A stretch of DNA of 62,941 nt, the filler included, from Octopus bimaculoides (lineage: Eukaryota): assembly GCF_001194135.2 (NCBI RefSeq). It is 8 parts of 7 records of this genome, joined end to end, with 100 filler letters (N's around TTAATTAATTAA, not from the genome) between each part and the next. Parts side by side here need not be neighbours in the genome. Positions count along the whole stretch, not along the records: positions 9,409 to 16,790 come from NC_068996.1; positions 16,891 to 22,986 come from NC_068996.1; positions 23,087 to 39,151 come from NC_068991.1; 5 more parts are not named here. One strand, written 5' to 3'. The notes under the pieces were generated by a model that saw nothing but the letters and a program-made list of their open reading frames with translations, made no database searches and was not told the origin of the DNA. Of the stretch, positions 13,774-23,664 are shown piece after piece. Position 1 is the stretch's first letter. Every line of letters begins with the position of its first letter. Made by a program: the position numbers and the translations under genes.

Positions 13774-15838
13774 ATGGTCAAGATTGGTTGTGTGAATGCG
13801 CGTGGCTTGGGGTCCCCTTGAAAACAAGGCTACTTCTTAAACGACATAAAGTCACATGAATTAGAAATCATAGCCATAAGTGAGATCAGACTCCATAATC
13901 CACGGGCCCTAAAGTCCATGTTTGGTGGACAGTTTAACATTCATTTTTCTCCCGGTCTGCCGAAAATGTGCGGTAGTGGCACGGCGGTACTTTTTCGGAA
14001 GAGTCTGGATCTCGAAGTAAGGACAATATTCGTAGACCCGGAGAGTAGACTGGTTGTCCTAGATTTCGACGGCAGCAATGGGTGTGCTTTTCGACTCGTC
14101 TACGCACCGCCTTTAACAGGTCGGCCGGATTTCTTTCGACGTCTAGAAGTATTCCTAGAAACGTCTCGTCCTTTACTTTTAGTGAGGGTTTGGAATGCTA
14201 CATTGGACACGCATCTAGACTACGTGGGCAGAGATAGGAATAGACGGGGATGCAAATGCCCCAGAGACCTGCTCAGACGCCTTCAACTATCTGACAGGTA
14301 CCGACTCGACCACTCGAATGCACCAACGTGGACATGGAGCAATCGCATCGTGTCGTCGAGATCGCATTTAGATAGAATACTCTGTAGGACAGTAGATAGA
14401 GATAGCGTAGGGTGTCCACAATTCCACATAGTCAGCTACACGGATCACAAACTTGTGAGGTGTACGCTAGACTTAGATAAGACACATATGCAGGGTCCCG
14501 ATTACTGGAAACTAAACGCCTCTTTCCCGTCGAGATGGGTTTTCAGAGACCGCCTTAGCACGCCAGTAAAGAGGGCTTTGACGGGAGCCATCATCAATAA
14601 CAAATGGTGGTTTGCCCTGAAGAGAGCAATAAAAGCAGAAGCGATTAGGTATAGCAGTGCACTAGCGATAGATTGAAACAGAGTAGAGGGTGATATAGTT
14701 AAGAAGCTAGAAGAGGCAGTTAGAAGGGGCATCGCATCCGACGTATTGGCGGCGAGGTTGGCCCTCGACCAACACTTCAACGCCAAATACGAAGGATGTG
14801 TTGTCTGGGCTAGGATGCGTTCTCTAAGGAACGAAAGTGTTGGAGATGCGCAAGAGGTCCGGGTGGCGGAGGCGCAACAGGGCAACAAAGCCACCATTCG
14901 GTCTCTGGTAAATGAACAGGGCACAAATTACTCGAGCCAAGTAAATTGTGTGAAGCCTTTCAACAGCATTTTGCCCGACTTTTCGAGACGAGTGGCGAGC
15001 AAGAACGCGGGGTGGACTTCAATGCCTACCTGCACAGCCTTCAAGAGAGGCAGAGTACTGCGAAGGTGTCATCACTGCGGCGGAAGTACGGGACGCGATG
15101 GCAGAGTGCGCGAGGGACAAATCGCTGGGTTTGGATGGTCTGTCCTACGAGATTTACAGTTGTAGGCCAGACTTGTTTGGAGACGTCTTGGCAGCAGTGT
15201 ACTGCAACTGGCAGCAAAACGGGAGCATCTCCGGTTTTGTGGGCCGAGGAGCTGTAACGCTCCAAACAAGGAGGACGTAATAGATAACTTCAGGTCCATC
15301 ACTCTGCTCAATGAAGACTTGAAAATTTTGGCCAAGGTATTAGCCAAGAAGTTGACGCTTGTTATCGAGAAACTGGTCGACAAAGTGCAAACGTGCGCCG
15401 TGCCGAGCCGGAGCATCCATGACCATCTCCATCTGATGCACTACATCATAGACAGGGTAGTTAAGGAACCTGGCATGGGTGGGGCTCTGATCAACTTGGA
15501 TCAATCCAGAGCTTTCGATAGGGCAGACTATCGATACTGGCTGTCCTCATAGCTGTTGGTTCTGGTCCCTTCTTCTGCGGCTAGATAGCAGCCTTGTACA
15601 GAGGCATCCGTTCGGTAATTCGCGTGAATGGTCAACTATCGAGACCTTTCGACATTGCATGTCCCCTCTCGTCACTTCTGTACGTATTAACCCTCGAACC
15701 GCAACTGCGGAAGCTGGCGACGCTGAGGTGCATCCCGTGAGAATTGGGATGCGGGGCGAGCGTGTCTGCATACGCAGATGACGTCACCGTCATAGTGTCT
15801 AGCCAGGAGCACATCGAGCTGGTCGGCGAGACATTGAA
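13774..15838 (+). mobile_element. Tx1/L1-clade LINE ORF2 (APE endonuclease + RT), disrupted and 3'-truncated
   Basis: MVKIGCVNARGL, AISE, VYAP, TWTW..SHLDRIL, YTDHKLV, GPDYWKLN, FRSITLLNEDLKILAKVLA, NLDQSRAFDR, PLSSLLYVLTLEP, AYADDVTV. Confidence 0.92.
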
Positions 15839-15839
15839 A

Positions 15840-16790
15840 GACTTTGCCGAGGCTTTGAAGCCTAGGAAAAGAATTTTGAATATATCGAAAGAAATTACTT
15901 GCATGCAAAAGCATGCTAAGTAAAAAGGACGTTACAGTCCATCTTCAAACGCCCGCGGACTTTAAGATAAACATCGATAAAAAAACTATCATCTACAGAA
16001 CCATTAATTTAAAGACAAAGACAGTGGAAAAATTCACCCAAGAAAATGTTGAGAGGTGCTTAAAGCCGATTTGGTCTTACAAAACTTACATAACGAGAGG
16101 TTTGAAATTCGGAACGATAGAGGTAAGACTAGACAGCGAGCAGCAAGCGAAGGACCTCTCCACTAAGTCATTACAACATGAGAACCTGCTCATNNNNNNN
16201 NNNNNNNNNNNNNNNNNNNNNNNNNNNNNNNNNNNNNNNNNNNNNNNNNNNNNNNNNNNNNNNNNNNNNNNNNNNNNNNNNNNNNNNNNNNNNNNNNNNN
16301 NNNNNNNNNNNNNNNNNNNNNNNNNNNNNNNNNNNNNNNNNNNNNNNNNNNNNNNNNNNNNNNNNNNNNNNNNNNNNNNNNNNNNNNNNNNNNNNNNNNN
16401 NNNNNNNNNNNNNNNNNNNNNNNNNNNNNNNACGTTTGTAGTAGCAAAACTCACCTTCAAAAAACATGCCCAGTAGCCCAGAAGAAAAGGCAACAACAAC
16501 GGCAACAATAAAAAGAAAAACAACAACAACAACAACAACAACCACAAGAAAAGCAAAAGAAAAAACAGCATTACTGCCTACACCGCCATATGCACAACTG
16601 GTCAAGCAGTTGTACAACGAAATGGAAAAACACCAGCAGCCAGCAACCCAGCCGAACCAAACAACACCACCAGTACCACCAAGAACAGAATCAGCACCAT
16701 CACCACCACCAACACCAACAACAACAACAACCCCACAAGAAGGGAACACGAAAAAGACTCCCACCCCACCCCCAAAAACCAAAACACCAC
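15840..16790 (+). mobile_element. Second Tx1/L1-type LINE, ORF1 N-terminal part (spans a gap)
   Basis: DFAEALKPRKR N-terminal motif, RRM-like FGTIEVRLDSEQQAKDL, then Thr/Pro-rich tract similar to 12900-13000. Confidence 0.6.
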
Positions 16791-16890
16791 NNNNNNNNNN
16801 NNNNNNNNNNNNNNNNNNNNNNNNNNNNNNNNNNTTAATTAATTAANNNNNNNNNNNNNNNNNNNNNNNNNNNNNNNNNNNNNNNNNNNN

Positions 16891-16897
16891 TTATTAC

Positions 16898-16945
<48 letters not shown>

Positions 16946-16959
16946 CATCATCATCATCA

Positions 16960-17026
<67 letters not shown>

Positions 17027-17116
17027 TATTATTATTATTATTATCATTATTATTATTATTATTATTATCATAATTATTATCATTATTATTATTATTATTA
17101 TCATAATTATTATCAT
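16891..17116. repeat. (TTA)n/(TCA)n microsatellite
   Basis: Direct reading. Confidence 0.97.
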
Positions 17117-19340
17117 TTCTCTTTATCACAGGTTTTGCTGGAACTCCTGGATTCTTGCATGCGTAGAGGGCTTGCTACCTGCAGCCTACGGTACCATGCT
17201 ATTCGTTCTTTTCAACTATCTAATACTTTCTTGATTATTCTGCCCATGCCAAGGAGGCAAAACTTTTGTAACTGATTCACAAGGTACTCTATTCCAATTT
17301 CCTTTATATTTCCCTTGATGCCTTTTGATACTGTTCCCAAGGACCCAACAATAATTGGCGCTATCTTCCCCTTCTTCATTTCGTACTTACGAGTGGTGTA
17401 TTTATCTATCTTTTCACCTTCTTTCTTGACTATTCGTAGGTCAAATAGGCATGCAACATCAACTATATAGCATATGTGGTGCACCTTGTCGACCATCACC
17501 ACCACCATGTCTGGTCTGTTATGCTCTAGCAAGAGGATTTTGCTTGTCTCCGGATCCGCCACTCTCTGCAGCTTGTGCTCATAGCAAGTCTTGCCTTTCT
17601 CTAGCCCCCACTTTCCGCACAGTTTCCAATGTAGCAATTTCGCGACCTGATCATGTCGCCACAACTTGTAGTGGTTTTAGGCAAGTCTAGGGCATTCATT
17701 GGTGATATGGGCCATGGTTTCACCCATTTTTTTGCAGATGCGACACAGCGGAGAAACTTGTTTATTCCTAAGGCTGACCCTCCAATTCATGGCCAAAGCT
17801 TGGTTTTGCACTGCCAGTATAGGGCTCTCGGCCTCTTTTTATAGTGTTCCTTTCATTAGCCAATCCCACCTATTTTTTTCCTGTAACTTCTGTTGTGGCT
17901 GAATGAAATTGATGGTGTAGTCCCTTCTTGCGTAATTCTTCATATCCTTTTTGCACTTCTTCCTGTGTTTTTCCTTTATTCTCTGCTCTCAATACCCCCT
18001 CGTTCTTAACTGTCACTAGCAAGGTTTTCTTACTTTGGGCTAGCTATCTTATTAAGCTCCTGAGTTTAATAAGCACGCAGTTTTCCACAATTATCAGTCC
18101 TTTTTCCTCCATATGCTCTCTTCATGTATAGTTGATCAGTGTCAACACGTGGATGATGGAATCCATGCATCGTTAGAAGCTTTCTTTGACTTCCTGTCCA
18201 ATTCCTGTAGTTCCCCCTCTGTCCACTCCAGGATTCCAGCGCCATACCGAACTACTGCGACTGGCGCAAGTTTATTGACGAAATTGTTTCTGGCATTCAG
18301 CTTTGAAGTCAATGTTTTTTCCACTCGCCACAGGTGTTCCCTGTTTTTGTCTTTTCCTTCATCTCATTGTGTTTGAATCCATCTGCTTCAAGAATTCCCA
18401 GGTATTTATAGATGAACCGAGGTGCATTGCCTTCACCATATGCCACTAATTGGCAACCATATGGCTTCTGTTCTAAAAAGCTTTCCTCGTCTCATCCCCA
18501 TCGTAGCACATTGAGAGTCCAAACTCCATTTCAATATCGTGGGAGAAAATTCGCACAGACTGGACTAGGCTGTCTGGTTCTGCCTCAATTTTTGCGAATA
18601 GCTTCAGATTATCCATAGATAGCAAGTGGTTCAGTTTTCCTTTACCACTTCCCAGGTCATACCCCAACTTTGTTTTCTGTAGATCAGTGGGACATACTTA
18701 TCCCCTGGAAGACACCTCTCTTCATTTTCACCTCTCTTCATTTTCACCTCTCTTCATTTTTACCTCTCTTGATACTTGATTACCTGCTGTCAATTCCGTT
18801 CTCCAACATTTCATGCTATTCCATATAAATTTTCTCGTATTTCCTGCTGCTCCATACATTTCCATTGTTTTTGTTATTCAAGAGTATGGTATTATACTGT
18901 ATGTTATACGATAGTCAACTAATGCCATGCTCAGATTTGTGTGTCTTCTCTTGCAGTTCCTGTTAATTAGATTATCAATTAAGAGCTGATTCTTCGTTCC
19001 CCAGCTCCTCTTTTGGCAACCCTTTCTGTTCAATAGGTAGCAGCCCACTGTTTTCCAGGTAACAGTTCAACGACCAAAGCACCTGACATTAGTGGAAGGC
19101 ACGTTATTGGTCTAAAGCTGGATGTAACATATCCCTTTCCAAGATCCTTGGCACACAATGTCTTTTCCTTTGTCATTCAGCTGGATATTACGCCTTTCTA
19201 CAAGCACTCATTTATCTGTTGCGCTATCATTTCATGGAGCCCTCTCAGCTTCTTCAGTCAATAATCTTGGGCCCCAACCGGTCCTGGGATCTTCCAATTT
19301 GGGAATGTTTTAACTGCTTTTTTTTATCACTTCTTTAGTT
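17117..19340 (-). mobile_element. Dong/R4-clade non-LTR retrotransposon (RT + restriction-like endonuclease), 5'-truncated and decayed
   Basis: [96 protein letters not shown]; 3' end runs into (TAA)n. Confidence 0.88.
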
Positions 19341-19349
19341 ATCTTTATG

Positions 19350-19396
19350 TCTTCTTCTTCTTCTTCTTCTTCTTCTTCTTCTTCTTCTTCTTCTTC

Positions 19397-19428
<32 letters not shown>

Positions 19429-19547
19429 CTTCTTCTTCTTCTTCTTCTTCTTCTCCTCCTCCTCCTCCTCCTTCTTCTTCTTCTTCTTCTTCTCTTTTTT
19501 CTTCTTCTTCTTCTTCTTCTTCTTCTTCTTCTTCTTCTTCTTCTTCT
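19350..19547. repeat. (TTC)n/(CTC)n microsatellite
   Basis: Direct reading. Confidence 0.97.
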
Positions 19548-20441
19548 NNNNNNNNNNNNNNNNNNNNNNNNNNNNNNNNNNNNNNNNNNNNNNNNNNNNN
19601 NNNNNNNNNNNNNNNNNNNNNNNNNNNNNNNNNNNNNNNNNNNNNNNNNNNNNNNNNNNNNNNNNNNNNNNNNNNNNNNNNNNNNNNNNNNNNNNNNNNN
19701 NNNNNNNNNNNNNNNNNNNNNNNNNNNNNNNNNNNNNNNNNNNNNNNNNNNNNNNNNNNNNNNNNNNNNNNNNNNNNNNNNNNNNNNNNNNNNNNNNNNN
19801 NNNNNNNNNNNNNNNNNNNNNNNNNNNNNNNNNNNNNNNNNNNNNNNNNNNNNNNNNNNNNNNNNNNNNNNNNNNNNNNNNNNNNNNNNNNNNNNNNNNN
19901 NNNNNNNNNNNNNNNNNNNNNNNNNNNNNNNNNNNNNNNNNNNNNNNNNNNNNNNNNNNNNNNNNNNNNNNNNNNNNNNNNNNNNNNNNNNNNNNNNNNN
20001 NNNNNNNNNNNNNNNNNNNNNNNNNNNNNNNNNNNNNNNNNNNNNNNNNNNNNNNNNNNNNNNNNNNNNNNNNNNNNNNNNNNNNNNNNNNNNNNNNNNN
20101 NNNNNNNNNNNNNNNNNNNNNNNNNNNNNNNNNNNNNNNNNNNNNNNNNNNNNNNNNNNNNNNNNNNNNNNNNNNNNNNNNNNNNNNNNNNNNNNNNNNN
20201 NNNNNNNNNNNNNNNNNNNNNNNNNNNNNNNNNNNNNNNNNNNNNNNNNNNNNNNNNNNNNNNNNNNNNNNNNNNNNNNNNNNNNNNNNNNNNNNNNNNN
20301 NNNNNNNNNNNNNNNNNNNNNNNNNNNNNNNNNNNNNNNNNNNNNNNNNNNNNNNNNNNNNNNNNNNNNNNNNNNNNNNNNNNNNNNNNNNNNNNNNNNN
20401 NNNNNNNNNNNNNNNNNNNNNNNNNNNNNNNNNNNNNNNNN

Positions 20442-20478
<37 letters not shown>

Positions 20479-21104
20479 TGACAACGAGTGTTAGTGCGTT
20501 TACGGGTCCGAAATTTAGCATTTCGGCAAGTATCAGGTTTTACAGTAAAATAAGTTCTGATGTCGATTCGTTCGAGTAAAATTCTTAAAGGCGGCACCCC
20601 TGGACGGTTGCAGTTTGATGACTGAAACAAGTTATAAAAGATAAAATATATGCCCCTATTATAGTATACTTCATAGTATATAGTATGCATATTCTCCTTT
20701 TATCATTCCCTTTCAGTTATTTTAAGATATTTATATATTTTTGTGTCGAATATTTTTTCCTTTTTATTTTAGGTTTTTTGTTAAATCTTGCATGAAAATA
20801 TGTATCCTATATCTACTGATATATATTCCGGTAACCTACTACGCTAGTCTGTTTAACACACTCGTGCCATTGGTACACAGTATTCTAGGACGCACGTGTT
20901 TTTCGACATGTTGTGTCTTGTTTGCCAGGAGCAGACGTAATTTTGGCCCTAAACAAAGTTGCGGGTGCTTTTTTATACTTACAGCGAATAAATTATTTGC
21001 TGATCCGTGCTCATATGTATTAACTGATAAAATAAAGTTATTTTCTCCGTGTACAGCGAAAACTGGGCTGGTTATTTCTTTATCTATTCTTAACAGGTCT
21101 AGAC

Positions 21105-21401
21105 CAGGGGTTTTCAAACTTTTTGACTTGCGGACTCCTTTATATTTCAGGCTTTACCTTAGGGCCCCCCTTATAAACGCTTATGAAATTTATACATAAA
21201 TATTTGCTTAAAATAACATATATTTTTACATTTATTTATTTAACAGTATTTAACAAATAGGTTTATTATCAATTAAAAGACTTCGATTAAAAAACATATA
21301 TAAAATCAAATTGCCCATAAAAAGTATTTGATGTCCATGGACCCCCTGTCTTGTCCTTGCGGACCCCCTGTGGTCCGCGGACCACAGTTTGAAAACCCTT
21401 G
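21105..21401. mobile_element. Non-autonomous hAT (Charlie-like) MITE, 297 bp
   Basis: TIRs CAGGGGTTTTCAAACT / AGTTTGAAAACCCTTG; 8-bp TSD GTCTAGAC (21097-21104) / GTCTAGGC (21402-21409). Confidence 0.88.
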
Positions 21402-21752
21402 GTCTAGGCAATTTCAATCGCAAAATATGCTACTTACTGTAGTGTATGTCTTCCTTTTACGACGACAGCGTGTTCAACACGTTTAACTGATTTCCGAATA
21501 GGATTCTGAGACACTAGTGTATATGCATGTATATAGGTATATAAAGTAAAAATATTGCTAGTTTGCCAAGGAAGGTAGATGTTTAAAACTACTCAAACAA
21601 TTAAGAAAGCAATGCAAAAACAAGACGAAAAAAGAAAAAAATGCTTCCTTAATAAATAATCAAGCCTTAATAAGATTTAATGCAAAATTAATGTAAGAAG
21701 GAAAAGCTTTTCTATACTCAAATAATTATATATATGTGTGTGTGTGTGTGTA

Positions 21753-21794
<42 letters not shown>

Positions 21795-22525
21795 TGTGTG
21801 TGTGCGTGTTGGTGTGCGTGCGTTCGTGTATATATGTATATACCTACATACATACATGCATCTATATATTTGTGTATGTGTGTGCATGTATGTACAAATA
21901 TATACAGGTAGTTGAAAAACGATTAGTGATCAATACAAATCAAATTTTTATATATAAAATAGGGAGGTGGAAATAGCAGAGAATTAAATCTAAGATATTT
22001 CAACTTATAAAGAATTTAATAAAATGATTTTGAAAATTATATACAGAATATATAGAATATTATCGGTTTCAATTATGAAAATTCCTAAAAATTTATAAAA
22101 TTTGAAATAAAAACAGTTTATATTCTGTTTGGGGATCAAAAACATGTCTATTTTTTTGTTGAAGTCTTGTTTTAGATATAGTCTGGTATAGTCTTCAAGG
22201 TGTGTAGTTGTCAATTGTCTAAAAGAAAATCTCTGTGGGTCCCTGGCAAGGGACTGGCTTACAAGCATTTATTGAATGGGTTTAATGTCCACCTGTGTGA
22301 ATGTGTGTATGTGTGTATGAGTGCTTGTGTGTGAGTGTGTATGTGTGTTGTGTGTGTGTGTGTGCGTGTGTGCCTGTGTGTGTGTGTGTGTATTGTGTTG
22401 AATGTACTTTCAATATGTTTGGAATGTGACAAACTGAATGTTGAGGGTTGTGTATGCTATAGATAGAAAGATAGATACACACACACACACATACACACAC
22501 ATATATATACATATGTGTCTGTGTG

Positions 22526-22560
<35 letters not shown>

Positions 22561-22946
22561 CTGTGTGTGTGTGTATGCATGTATATATATATGTGTGAGT
22601 GCGTGTGAGTGTGTGTGTGCGTATCTTTCTATCTATCTATCTATCTATCTATCTATNNNNNNNNNNNNNNNNNNNNNNNNNNNNNNNNNNNNNNNNNNNN
22701 NNNNNNNNNNNNNNNNNNNNNNNNNNNNNNNNNNNNNNNNNNNNNNNNNNNNNNNNTACATACATACACACATACATACATTTGTATTTATTTACATATG
22801 GATTTGCATACATTGGCATGTTTGCAAATACATATGCATATAATATCCGTATTCGAGCTACTTGTGTCTATATTTCTATATCTGTGTATGAACTAAGATG
22901 TATATACTTACAAGTATATTTTCATATACATACATATATACATACA

Positions 22947-22986
<40 letters not shown>

Positions 22987-23030
22987 NNNNNNNNNNNNNN
23001 NNNNNNNNNNNNNNNNNNNNNNNNNNNNNN

Positions 23031-23042
23031 TTAATTAATTAA
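23031..23042. other. Artificial six-frame-stop linker TTAATTAATTAA inside about 100-bp N gaps (also near 5820, 9353, 16835, 39196, 41259, 46306)
   Basis: The identical 12-mer is centred in equal N pads seven times and gives TAA in all six frames; this is an assembly artefact. Confidence 0.92.
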
Positions 23043-23089
23043 NNNNNNNNNNNNNNNNNNNNNNNNNNNNNNNNNNNNNNNNNNNNATA

Positions 23090-23255
23090 TATACGACAGG
23101 CTTCTTTCAGTTTCTGTCTACCAAATCCACTCACAAGGCTTTGGTCGGCCCGAGGCTATAGTAGAAGACACTTGCCCAAGACACCACACAGTAGGAATGA
23201 ACCTGGAACCATGTGGTTGGTAAGCAAGCTACTTACCACACAGCCACTCCTGCGC
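23090..23255 (-). mobile_element. Composite-SINE head (other heads: 11458-11630 +, 30628-30780 +, 34205-34370 +, 38325-38485 -, 54640-54700 -)
   Basis: Matches the head of 48790-49206 and abuts (TA)n or gaps. Confidence 0.85.
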
Positions 23256-23555
23256 ATTGATTTTCTACATATTCTGCAATACTTCATACGAAATACAACA
23301 CTCATCTTATATAGTTTAAATACTCATAATTTTGAAATATAATTACTCTTATATTTATTGATTTTTAAAGAAAATTTGAAAACATGTTATAATTCTCTAA
23401 AGCTGACAGTCTTGTTAGACTCCTATAAAGTAGTCAGTGGTATAACAATTGTACTTATAAGACTGTATACAATGGTATAACAATAACACTACAACGATAA
23501 AACAATAGTGTTACTAAGACTGCACTGGCTGATAAAAATTAACAAATGAACTTAC

Positions 23556-23664
23556 CTGTTGTTTTTTAGACGGGTAACCTTCTTCATAAAATGCAAAATA
23601 AGGAGGTTCATCCACATTGTAATCATAACACCATTCCAAGAAGTGATTGCCAAGATCAAATCCC
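23556..23664 (-). CDS. CHKA: Choline kinase exon GFDLGNHFLEWCYDYNVDEPPYFAFYEEGYPSKKQQ
   Basis: tttgcag acceptor, gtaagt donor; 109 nt, phase 2 to 0; GFDxGNHFxEW motif. Confidence 0.95.

Noticed and set aside
22005-22268. Minus-strand ORF just downstream of the last kinase exon
   Set aside because: No similarity to the expected C-terminal choline kinase exons; the phase-0 frame after the acceptor hits a stop
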